A stretch of 59,440 nucleotides of DNA from NCBI GenBank assembly GCA_027331445.1, contig DAHWUD010000001.1, forward strand, positions 109,157-168,596. Reading direction: 5' to 3'. The DNA comes from Candidatus Amesbacteria bacterium (GTDB lineage: Bacteria > Patescibacteriota > Microgenomatia > CAZETR01 > Amesbacteraceae). A program made the position numbers and the translations under genes. Every line of letters begins with the position of its first letter. Within the stretch, counting starts at the first letter, position 1. Below the pieces are notes generated by a model. The model did no database searches. It was not told the origin of the DNA and saw nothing but the letters and a program-made list of their open reading frames with translations. Positions 17,537 through 26,030 of this stretch are shown in pieces.

Positions 17537-20380
17537 ATGGCTTTTCAACCGGTGTCCCCCCAAGTTAATTTTCCCGAACTCGAAAAGCAGATTCTTGATT
17601 GGTGGTATTCGTCCGGACTCGTCGATAGGTATCTGCACAAAAACGACTCCTCGGCCAAAAAATTCTCTTTCCTGGACGGTCCCATCACGGCCAACAATCC
17701 CATGGGCGTCCATCACGCCTGGGGCCGCACCTACAAAGACCTGTGGCAGCGCTATTTCACTATGCGTGGCTACGCCGGCCGCTATCAAAACGGCTTTGAT
17801 TGTCAGGGCCTGTGGGTCGAGGTCGAAGTCGAAAAGGAACTGGGTTTTAAGACCAAAAAAGATATCGAAGTCTATGGTGTGGCTAAATTTGTGGAGAAAT
17901 GTAAAGAGCGGGTCCTCAAATATTCGGCCATCCAGACCGAGCAAAGTAAACGCCTGGGCTATTTTATGGATTGGGACCGTTCTTACTTCACCATGTCCGA
18001 CGCTAATAATTATGCCATCTGGAATTTTCTCCAAGTCGTCTGGAACCGGGGCTGGCTGTATAAAGGCCACGATTCCGTTCCCTGGTGTCCCCGTTGTGAG
18101 ACCGCCATTTCCCAGCACGAAATGCTCACCGAAGATTACAAAGAAATTACTCACGATTCGGTCTTTATCAAGTTTCCCCTGGTGGATTTTCCCGGGGAGT
18201 CGCTTCTGGTCTGGACAACTACTCCCTGGACTGTCCCGGCCAATATCGCCGTCGCAGTTGATCCCAAATTGGATTATGTTTTAGTGAGCGGCCTGTGGGT
18301 CGTCCGGGAAGCGGCACATCGTCTGTTCGGCGACTTTAACCAGCAAAACACCCTTCCTGGGAAAAAGCTGGTCGGCAGGCGCTATATAGGCCCGTTTGAT
18401 CACCTGCCGGCGGTTCAAAAAGTAGCAGAACATAAACTCTTTCATACCGTCATTCCCACCGACGCCCGCATTATGCCGATCAATACCGAAGAGGGGACGG
18501 GCCTGGTCCATACCGCCGTCTCTGCCGGAGAAGAGGACTTTAAGTTGGGCCAAAAATTGGGACTGCCCTTGATCCCCGTGATTGCCGACAATGCCGATTA
18601 CCTGCCCGGTCTGGGTGAATTTACGGGCCAAAATGCCAAGAAACATCCGGAAATTATTCTGGACTACCTCAAAAGTCATGATTTTGCATACAAAGTCGAA
18701 AAATATACCCACCGTTATCCTGCCTGCTGGCGTTGCAAGACCGAGCTGGTCTGGAAAATTGCCGATGAGTGGTACATTTCTATGGATACTCCCGACCCCA
18801 CCGATCCCGGCGGTTTGACGCTTAGAAAACAGCTCCTGGCTGTCGCCAAAAAGATTCACTGGCTTCCCGGTTTCGGCAAGGACCGGGAACTGGATTGGTT
18901 GAAAAATATGCACGACTGGCTCATTTCCAAAAAGAACCGCTATTGGGGCTTGGCTTTACCCATTTACGAGTGTCCCGCCTGTCATCATTTTGAAGTCATC
19001 GGTAGTAAGGAGGATCTGGAACACCGCGCCGTCAGTGGCTGGGAGGAGTTTGCCGGGAATACTCCCCATAAGCCCTGGATTGACGCCGTTAAAATCCGCT
19101 GTTCCCGCTGCTCCGCCGTTGTTTCCCGCATTCCCGACGTGGGCAATCCCTGGTTGGACGCCGGGATCGTCTCTGTCTCCACGCTTCCTGCTGCCTGGTT
19201 TCCGGCCGATTTTATCACCGAGTCCTTCCCTGGCCAGTTCAAAAATTGGTTTTATTCCCTCATCGTCATGAGCACTGTTTTAAAAAAGACCTTCCCCACT
19301 AAAACCATTTTGGGTTACGCTTCGGTAGTTGGCGAAGACGGCCGGCCCATGCACAAATCCTGGGGTAATGCCGTCGAATTCAATGAGGGAGCGGAACAAA
19401 TCGGCGCCGACGTCATGCGCTGGATGTTCGTCAGTCAATCACCGGAAGCCAACCTTCCGTTTGGCTTTAGGCTGGCCGATGACACCCGGCGTCATTTTCA
19501 TCTCATGCTCTGGAACGTCTACAACTTCTTTTTGACTTATGCCTCTCTGGATGGTTTTGATCCGGCCGCCACTCCGGATCCAGGCTCGCTGTCCGCGCTG
19601 GATCGGTGGCTAAATATCCGCCTGTCCCAGACGGTTAAGTCCGTCACCGCCGCTCTTGACCGCTACGACTCCCGCTCTGCCGCTCTTAGTCTGGAGCAGT
19701 ATGTGAACGACTTGTCTTTATGGTATGTCCGCCGCTCCCGCGACCGCGTCGGCCCTACCGCCGCCAACCCGGTCGACAAACTTGCCTGTCATACGACTTT
19801 GTTTACCAACTTGGTGACCTTAAGCCAACTGCTGGCTCCCTTCCAGCCCTTTATCTCGGAGTCCATCTACAAAAACCTCACCGGTCGCGAATCGGTTCAT
19901 CTATCAAACTGGCCCAAGCCGGCTCCAATGAGTACCAAAAATACTCAGCTGATCTCATCTATGGAATCTGTGCGCAGAATTGTAGAAATGGGCCTTTCCC
20001 AGCGAAAAAACCTGCAGATAAAGGTTCGCCAGCCTCTCTCCGGAGCTGTCATTTCTTCTCCGTCTCCGGCTCTGTCCCCACCCCTTTGCGACCTGATCCG
20101 GGATGAGCTGAACCTCAAACATCTGGCCTGGGAGAAGGGTCCCGATTTAGTGGTCACCCTGGATCCCCGCCTGGACGATCAGTTGCGGGCTGAGGGTCAG
20201 GCCCGGGATCTGATCCGCCAGATTCAGGAACAGCGCAAGATCAAGGGTGCCAGGTTGGACCAACCCATCCGCCTTATTGCCCCCTTGCCTCCCGACCCCG
20301 TTTTAGTCCGGGAAATCACCCGCCAGACTCTGGCCCGCGAGGTCTCGATAGGTAGCCCCGTCGAGGTAGAATTACTTTAA
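17537..20380 (+). CDS. ileS: Isoleucine--tRNA ligase, type 2 (IleRS2)
   Basis: FLDGPITAN..GVHH, GFDCQGL, WTTTPWT, GTGLVH, DWLISKKNRYWG, PMHKSWGN. C-terminus of IleRS2 type without the IleRS1 Zn finger. Confidence 0.95.
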   Translation: MAFQPVSPQVNFPELEKQILDWWYSSGLVDRYLHKNDSSAKKFSFLDGPITANNPMGVHHAWGRTYKDLWQRYFTMRGYAGRYQNGFDCQGLWVEVEVEKELGFKTKKDIEVYGVAKFVEKCKERVLKYSAIQTEQSKRLGYFMDWDRSYFTMSDANNYAIWNFLQVVWNRGWLYKGHDSVPWCPRCETAISQHEMLTEDYKEITHDSVFIKFPLVDFPGESLLVWTTTPWTVPANIAVAVDPKLDYVLVSGLWVVREAAHRLFGDFNQQNTLPGKKLVGRRYIGPFDHLPAVQKVAEHKLFHTVIPTDARIMPINTEEGTGLVHTAVSAGEEDFKLGQKLGLPLIPVIADNADYLPGLGEFTGQNAKKHPEIILDYLKSHDFAYKVEKYTHRYPACWRCKTELVWKIADEWYISMDTPDPTDPGGLTLRKQLLAVAKKIHWLPGFGKDRELDWLKNMHDWLISKKNRYWGLALPIYECPACHHFEVIGSKEDLEHRAVSGWEEFAGNTPHKPWIDAVKIRCSRCSAVVSRIPDVGNPWLDAGIVSVSTLPAAWFPADFITESFPGQFKNWFYSLIVMSTVLKKTFPTKTILGYASVVGEDGRPMHKSWGNAVEFNEGAEQIGADVMRWMFVSQSPEANLPFGFRLADDTRRHFHLMLWNVYNFFLTYASLDGFDPAATPDPGSLSALDRWLNIRLSQTVKSVTAALDRYDSRSAALSLEQYVNDLSLWYVRRSRDRVGPTAANPVDKLACHTTLFTNLVTLSQLLAPFQPFISESIYKNLTGRESVHLSNWPKPAPMSTKNTQLISSMESVRRIVEMGLSQRKNLQIKVRQPLSGAVISSPSPALSPPLCDLIRDELNLKHLAWEKGPDLVVTLDPRLDDQLRAEGQARDLIRQIQEQRKIKGARLDQPIRLIAPLPPDPVLVREITRQTLAREVSIGSPVEVELL

Positions 20381-21444
20381 TGCTGCGTACCCGCTTTGAT
20401 TGGCGTTTGATCGTCCCGGCCCTTCTCCTGTCGGCTCTGGGTCTACTGGTTATTCGCAGCGCCGCTCCCGCCTTGTTCCTCAACCAGTTTGTCTTTTGGC
20501 TGGCCGCCGTGGTGATCTTCCTCATCGTCTCCTTCGTCGATTTCCGGGTGTTTACTTCCCTTTATATTCCCATTTATGTTTTTTCCCTGGCCTTTTTGGT
20601 TACTCCTTTCCTCTTTGGCCTGCATTCCCGCGGCGCCCAAAGATGGCTGCAATTTGGCCAATCCACCCTCCAGCCCTCGGAAATCATCAAACCCTTACTC
20701 ATCATCGTTTTTGCCGTCATTGCCGGATCCGCTTATCGCCGCAAAACCCTCCTGTTGGCCGCCTCCGCCATTCTGCCCCTGGCTGTGATTTTTTTCCAAC
20801 CGGATTTGGGCACCATGCTGGTGCTTTTTATCGGTTGGCTGACTATCTTTCTTTCCCGGGTCCGCCTCCGGGTTTTTTTACCGGCCCTACTGGCCTTTAT
20901 TTTGCTCCTGCTACCCATTTATAAATTTGTCCTTCGCGACTATCAGCGTCAGCGACTGGAATCATTCCTTAATCCTTACTCCGACCCCCTGGGCCAGGGC
21001 TATCACGTCATTCAGTCCCTGATTGCCGTCGGCTCAGGCGAATTCTTCGGCCGGGGCTTGGGCCACGGTACCCAGTCACAGCTGCAGTTTCTCCCGGAAC
21101 ACCACACCGACTTCATTTTTGCCTCTTTAAGCGAGGAATTGGGCTTCGTCGGGGCCGGTTTGGTCCTAATTTTTTTCCTCGTCCTGCTCTATCGGATTTA
21201 TAGAATCTCCCAAACCACTTCTTCCCCCGTGGCCTCCGCCTTTTGCCTTTCTACTATGGCCCTGCTGGCTTTCCAGATCTTCGTTAATGTGGGTATGAAT
21301 ATGGGCCTCGCCCCCATTACCGGCATCACTTTGCCCTTCATCTCTTACGGCGGTTCTTCCCTGATTTCCATCGGCCTGACCCTGGGATTGGTTCATTCTA
21401 TCTCCCGCACCATCCATTCCGAGCAGTATCTCCAGATTAGTTGA
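20380..21444 (+). CDS. rodA: SEDS protein RodA
   Basis: GAQRWL, QPSEIIK, QPDLGT, GYHVIQSLIAVGSG, GTQSQLQFLPEHHTDFIFA, PFISYGGSS. Confidence 0.92.
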   Translation: MLRTRFDWRLIVPALLLSALGLLVIRSAAPALFLNQFVFWLAAVVIFLIVSFVDFRVFTSLYIPIYVFSLAFLVTPFLFGLHSRGAQRWLQFGQSTLQPSEIIKPLLIIVFAVIAGSAYRRKTLLLAASAILPLAVIFFQPDLGTMLVLFIGWLTIFLSRVRLRVFLPALLAFILLLLPIYKFVLRDYQRQRLESFLNPYSDPLGQGYHVIQSLIAVGSGEFFGRGLGHGTQSQLQFLPEHHTDFIFASLSEELGFVGAGLVLIFFLVLLYRIYRISQTTSSPVASAFCLSTMALLAFQIFVNVGMNMGLAPITGITLPFISYGGSSLISIGLTLGLVHSISRTIHSEQYLQIS

Positions 21445-21483
21445 TTGCCAAATAGCTCATCTTTCAGGTATAATCCAAAGGCT

Positions 21484-21852
21484 ATGCAGGCAGTAGTTAA
21501 AATCGGCGGTTCCCAATATTTGGTTTCTCCCGGGCAGGAAATTCTGGTGGACCATTTGACTTCGCCGGCCAAACAACTGACTTTTTTGGAAGTCCTGCTG
21601 ACCATCGATGGAAAAGACGTTCGTGTCGGCCAGCCGTTTCTTCCCGGTTTGGCGGTCACGGCGACGTTAATGGCCAATGTCAAAGGGGAAAAAATCCGTG
21701 TGGCCAAATTTAAGGCCAAAAGCCGCTACCGCAAAGCCGTGGGCTTCCGCCCTCTTTATTCCCGGATCAAAATTGAATCCGTCGGTTCCCCGTCTCCGGT
21801 CTCAGCCCCCACTGCTCCCGCCAAGGCATCCCGGCGCCGCAAAGCTGTGTAA
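21484..21852 (+). CDS. rplU: 50S ribosomal protein L21 (start ATG 21484)
   Basis: MQAVVKIGGSQY, KGEKIRVAKFKAKSRYRK..GFR. Low-complexity C-terminal tail. Confidence 0.95.
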   Translation: MQAVVKIGGSQYLVSPGQEILVDHLTSPAKQLTFLEVLLTIDGKDVRVGQPFLPGLAVTATLMANVKGEKIRVAKFKAKSRYRKAVGFRPLYSRIKIESVGSPSPVSAPTAPAKASRRRKAV

Positions 21853-21860
21853 ATTAATTC

Positions 21861-21889
21861 TTGACATTCGTGAAAACGACATGTAAATT
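21861..21889 (+). promoter_or_regulatory. Sigma70-type promoter for rpmA-parB
   Basis: TTGACA (21861-21866), 17 nt, TAAATT (21884-21889), 8 nt before the ATG. Confidence 0.7.
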
Positions 21890-21897
21890 TAGCCCAT

Positions 21898-22143
21898 ATG
21901 GCCCATACTAAAGCCGGAGGATCTACCAGACAAAAAGGCAATCGCCATGGCAAACGCCTGGGCGTAAAGATATTCGGCGGTCAAAAAGTCATTTCCGGCA
22001 ACATCATCATGCGCCAGAAGGGCACCAACGTTCATGCCGGAACCGGGGTCCGCGTCGGTCACGACTTTACTCTGTATGCGGTCAAGGCCGGTCTGGTTAA
22101 ATTTTTTGTCCGGCAGGGCCGCAGGTTTGTGAGCGTCGTTTAA
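21898..22143 (+). CDS. rpmA: 50S ribosomal protein L27
   Basis: MAHTKAGGST, KRLGVK, GNIIMRQKGT, GHDFTLYA. Confidence 0.98.
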   Translation: MAHTKAGGSTRQKGNRHGKRLGVKIFGGQKVISGNIIMRQKGTNVHAGTGVRVGHDFTLYAVKAGLVKFFVRQGRRFVSVV

Positions 22144-22146
22144 TTT

Positions 22147-22971
22147 ATGAACCAACAAGTTGTCGACCTGGAAGTAGATTCTCTGCAACCCAATCCCCTT
22201 CAGCCCCGCGGCATTATTACTCCTGAATCTTTGGTGGATTTGGTCGATTCCATCCGGGAGCACGGTGTACTGGAACCCCTGGTCGTCGCCAAAACCCCCG
22301 CCGGTTTTCAGATTATCGCCGGTGAGCGCCGCTGGCGCGCTGCAAAATTGGCCGGTTTAAAATTGGTCCCCGTCCTGATCAAAGAGACTACGCCGCAGGG
22401 CATGCTGGAAATGGCCATTGTGGAGAATGTCCAGCGTTCCGACCTCAACTCCGTCGACCGGGCCAAAGCTTTCGAGCGTCTGATCTCCGAGTTTGGCCTG
22501 AGTAACAGCGAAATCTCCCAGCGCATCGGCAAGAGCCCGGCCTATATCAGCAATTCTCTGAGGTTATTGTCTCTGCCGGATGCCCTCAAAGACGGTTTGT
22601 TAACCGGTCTGATTACCGAGGGTCACGCCCGGGCTTTGGCCGCCATCGAAGATCCCCGGGCTATCGTCGAAGCTTACAAAATTGTCCTCAAGGAATCTGC
22701 TTCCGTGCGCCGGGCCGAGGAATTGGCCAGAAAGATGCGCAACCAGATAGGCAATCAGCCCAAGACCACCGGTTTCCGCCCCGCCCACGTGGTCAGTGAG
22801 GCCATCGACCGCCAGCGCAAGGAAATGGAAGATGCCATGGGAGGCCCTCCGGCCAACATCATCCGTCTGTCCCGATCCCGCGCCGAAACCCGCATCACGA
22901 TCATCCTCAAAGGCACTCTGGAAGAAACCGAGGATCGTTTACAGAAGGTTTATAAAGCCCTAGTGGGCTAG
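22147..22971 (+). CDS. parB: ParB/Spo0J partition protein
   Basis: PNPLQPR, SIREHGVLEPLVV, IIAGERRWRAA, ENVQRSDL, HTH region (IGKSPAYISNSLRLL). Confidence 0.95.
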   Translation: MNQQVVDLEVDSLQPNPLQPRGIITPESLVDLVDSIREHGVLEPLVVAKTPAGFQIIAGERRWRAAKLAGLKLVPVLIKETTPQGMLEMAIVENVQRSDLNSVDRAKAFERLISEFGLSNSEISQRIGKSPAYISNSLRLLSLPDALKDGLLTGLITEGHARALAAIEDPRAIVEAYKIVLKESASVRRAEELARKMRNQIGNQPKTTGFRPAHVVSEAIDRQRKEMEDAMGGPPANIIRLSRSRAETRITIILKGTLEETEDRLQKVYKALVG

Positions 22972-23525
22972 TTTTGGTATCTCTCGTGCGGAATCAGGCC
23001 GATTTTGTTCGGCGGCCAATATCGAAACCAGGCCTTGCCCACAATTGCGCTTCTGTCAATTGGCCCCCACTCCCGTGAATCCGAACTGAAATCCCGGTTG
23101 TCTCCGAATACGATATAGTAGTTGGGGGGGATCGTATACGGCACGCCTTCCCTCAAAAAAGACTTTTCCGAGGTCGTTGTCCCCGGTGCCAGGTACGGTT
23201 CATTCAGCTTCTGCCCGTTAATGTATACGGCTCCTCCTTTGAGCATAATGGTTTCCCCCGGCAGGCCAATTACCCGTTTAATGAAATCCGAATCAAAAGG
23301 CGGAGGGGCATGGAAGATAATGACATCACCTCTTTGCGGGTTGCTGCTGCGGTAAGTAATTTTGTCCGTCAGGATTAGTTCCGCCGTATTAAAAGCCGGG
23401 TACATGGACATACCGTCCACTTTATGCGGCTGCACCAAAAACAGGTAAATGATCATGAAGATGGCAAATGCCAGCACCACCGGCTCCAGCGCGTCCAGTA
23501 GGGGAATCCTTTGCATCTTCAGCAT
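22968..23525 (-). CDS. lepB: Signal peptidase I
   Basis: VDGMSMYP (Ser), FIKRVIGLPGE (Lys), GDNRDFSSDSREWG. Confidence 0.95.
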   Translation of the reverse strand: MLKMQRIPLLDALEPVVLAFAIFMIIYLFLVQPHKVDGMSMYPAFNTAELILTDKITYRSSNPQRGDVIIFHAPPPFDSDFIKRVIGLPGETIMLKGGAVYINGQKLNEPYLAPGTTTSEKSFLREGVPYTIPPNYYIVFGDNRDFSSDSREWGPIDRSAIVGKAWFRYWPPNKIGLIPHERYQN

Positions 23526-23568
23526 GGGATCATTATGCCGCCTATGTTAAAATTTGTCGAGAAGTTCA

Positions 23569-23643
23569 GGGCACTTAGCTCAGCGGTAGAGCGCTGCATT
23601 CACATTGCAGATGTCGGGGGTTCAAATCCCTCAGTGCCCACCA
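23569..23643 (+). tRNA. tRNA-Val(CAC), CCA encoded
   Basis: Cloverleaf: GGGCACT/AGTGCCC acceptor, CTGCA-ttCACat-TGCAG anticodon arm, TTCAAAT T-loop, ACCA end. Confidence 0.95.
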
Positions 23644-23700
23644 ATTTCCGAAACCGGGTGTGATTAAATTTTTCCCGCCAGAAGAGTAGTATTAATGCGT

Positions 23701-24411
23701 ATGGCCGGGCCGGTAATTGTCATCGAGCATCTTTCCCGTAATTTCGGACCGCTCAAAGCCGTGTCCGACGTCAGTCTGAAAGTGGATGCCGGGGAAATTT
23801 ATGCCCTCATCGGTCCGAACGGAGCCGGAAAAACCACCCTGGTCAAAATGCTGGTCGGCCTTTTGGCTCCCGCGTCCGGACATGCCGCCATTGCCGGCCA
23901 CGATATCATGGCTGACCCTCTCGGGGCCAAAAAAGAATTTGGTTATCTTCCGGACAATCCCGCCGCTTACGATTTTCTTACCGGATCGGAGTTTTTACAC
24001 CTCACCGGCGCTTTAAACGGTCTGCCCGCTCCGGACATTACCCGCCGGGTACATCAACTTTCCGCCGTCTTCCCCATTTCTCAGATCCTGGCCCAAAGAA
24101 TGGGCAGCTACTCCCGGGGAAACCGTCAAAAAGTCGCTTTTCTGGCCAGTTTAATGGCTTCTCACCGCGCCCTGATTATTGATGAGCCGGTCGTGGGTCT
24201 GGATCCCTCCAGTATTACCATTTTTGGCGACAATTTAACTCAGTTTGCCCAAGGCGGCGGGGCCGTGCTCCTGGTAACTCATACCTTGTCCTTTGCCCAA
24301 AAATACGCTACCCACGTCGGGGTCATGCATCAGGGGCGGATCGTTACTGAGAAGGCCGTCGCCGGCGGGGATTTGGAGCAGTTATACCTCGACCAGACCT
24401 CTGAAAAATGA
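23701..24411 (+). CDS. ABC transporter ATP-binding protein (alternative start 23695)
   Basis: GPNGAGKTT, YSRGNRQK signature variant, IIDEP, VTH. Confidence 0.93.
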   Translation: MAGPVIVIEHLSRNFGPLKAVSDVSLKVDAGEIYALIGPNGAGKTTLVKMLVGLLAPASGHAAIAGHDIMADPLGAKKEFGYLPDNPAAYDFLTGSEFLHLTGALNGLPAPDITRRVHQLSAVFPISQILAQRMGSYSRGNRQKVAFLASLMASHRALIIDEPVVGLDPSSITIFGDNLTQFAQGGGAVLLVTHTLSFAQKYATHVGVMHQGRIVTEKAVAGGDLEQLYLDQTSEK

Positions 24412-26030
24412 AAACTGCAGCCATCCTCCGGGCAACCGATTTCCGGGAGATTAAATCCTGGTTTGCCGTCCAGACCGGCAGCAAGCTCGCAGTCCTAGCC
24501 GGTTTTATTCTGGTCATAGCCGGGCTGGAAGTCGGATTGTTTTCCGGCATGGGCTATTATTTTCGCACCCTGGCAGCCGCCCAGGATTTCGGCTATCACA
24601 CCGCCGACTATATTATCCGGGCCACTTTCCTGGTGGTCATGTGGCTGGGTATCGGCAGCAGTGCAGCGGCAACGGCAAATTTATTTTTTACCAAAAATAA
24701 AAATCTGGCCTACCTGCTGACTCTGCCGGTAGACATCTCCGACCTGGTCAGGTGGCAGACGCAAAAGACGATTACTTTCAATACTTTCCTGCTGGCTGTG
24801 CTTTTGGCTCCCTTATTGCTGGCTTTTAGGCTGACATTCGTGGGTTATTTCGACTTGGTTTTTATCCTGAGGGCAGTTCTCGGGCTATTTGGATTGGCCC
24901 TCGTCGCTACCGCATTGGGTGGCTCAATTGGCTTTCTTTTGGTCGCTGAAACCGGCCGGTCCACCCTCACCCGGTCGCTTCTGCATGTCGGTGTATTTTT
25001 GGGAATTATGGTCCTGATTTTTCGGCTCGTATTTCCCCCGGCTTTGGCCAGTCTGACTCGGGCTACCCCCTCTGCCTTTTACCCCCTTTATCAATCTCTG
25101 CCGTTGGCCCGGTCCTGGGTCCCCACCAACTGGTTGGCCGGATTAATTACCGTCGGAACCCCCGTCGACTGGCTGCTCTCCGCGGCATTGGTCATCTTTT
25201 TACTCAAATTCTATCTGTGGCTTGAGTGCCGTCTGTTTCTCACTACCTATTGGCAGGTCAATTCCCGGCCGCAGGAACAGCTCGGGTTCATCTTTGAGAC
25301 CTCGCGGCTGGATTTTGCCCGTCAAACTCCGCTCCGGGCTCTGATGACCAAAGATTTATCGGCCGTCATCCGATCGCCGGGGGAGATTGGCTATGGCGTA
25401 TTTCTGGCCTCGCTCGTAGTGTTCTTTTTTGGGCTTTTTTCCCGGGTCAGCCTCCCTGCGGGCACGCCCTTGTCCTGGATTATCCTGCTTCAGGTTTTTG
25501 CTTTTCTTGGACTAGTCTTTTTTACCAACACCTTTCTGCTGCGTCTGGCCTTTCCGGACATGGCCAAAGAAGGGGAAACTGCCTGGTATCTGTTTACCCA
25601 GCCCCTCGCCCCCGAAAAATTATGGCTCTCAAAAGTGCTGCTGGCCCAGCTTTTAATTTTGCCATTTCTGTTTGTCGCGGCTACGGTCTGGCTCTTTTTG
25701 AGTTTCACCGGCCGCTATTATCTGCTCCTGGCCGGCTGCTCACTGATCATGATTATTATTATCACCCTCCTGCAGGCCTTTCTGGGCCTGATCAATCCCA
25801 ATTTCTCCGAAAGTCACAGTGCCGAAAAAATCAGTACCAGTTACATGGGTCTGATTACCCTGGTCATCACCACCACCCTGGCGCTGGGCGTAGCCGCCGG
25901 TCTTGATCAATATCTGTCGGGAAATGCCTTCGGAATCCTAACCATTACCGGGAGTGTAATTATCGGCTTAGTGCTGGTCGGAATCTTGGGCGCCGTGTCC
26001 CGCTCCGGCCTCCGTCGCTACGAATTTTGA
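24408..26030 (+). CDS. Putative ABC exporter permease (multi-TM, fused ABC-2-like halves)
   Basis: Many hydrophobic segments, 4-nt overlap with the ATPase, EG.(T)AWYL...P...K-type motif. Confidence 0.75.
   Translation: MKTAAILRATDFREIKSWFAVQTGSKLAVLAGFILVIAGLEVGLFSGMGYYFRTLAAAQDFGYHTADYIIRATFLVVMWLGIGSSAAATANLFFTKNKNLAYLLTLPVDISDLVRWQTQKTITFNTFLLAVLLAPLLLAFRLTFVGYFDLVFILRAVLGLFGLALVATALGGSIGFLLVAETGRSTLTRSLLHVGVFLGIMVLIFRLVFPPALASLTRATPSAFYPLYQSLPLARSWVPTNWLAGLITVGTPVDWLLSAALVIFLLKFYLWLECRLFLTTYWQVNSRPQEQLGFIFETSRLDFARQTPLRALMTKDLSAVIRSPGEIGYGVFLASLVVFFFGLFSRVSLPAGTPLSWIILLQVFAFLGLVFFTNTFLLRLAFPDMAKEGETAWYLFTQPLAPEKLWLSKVLLAQLLILPFLFVAATVWLFLSFTGRYYLLLAGCSLIMIIIITLLQAFLGLINPNFSESHSAEKISTSYMGLITLVITTTLALGVAAGLDQYLSGNAFGILTITGSVIIGLVLVGILGAVSRSGLRRYEF

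Noticed and set aside
17471-18284. Long overlapping ORFs 17471..18154(-) and 17595..18284(+); likewise 56425..57099(-), 38947..39708(+), 16554..17081(-) and 21889..22263(-)
   Set aside because: Shadow frames of well-conserved GC-rich genes, with no motifs and no start signals.
22147-22971. parS site near parB
   Set aside because: No TGTTTCACGTGAAACA-like palindrome was noticed, only non-palindromic half matches.
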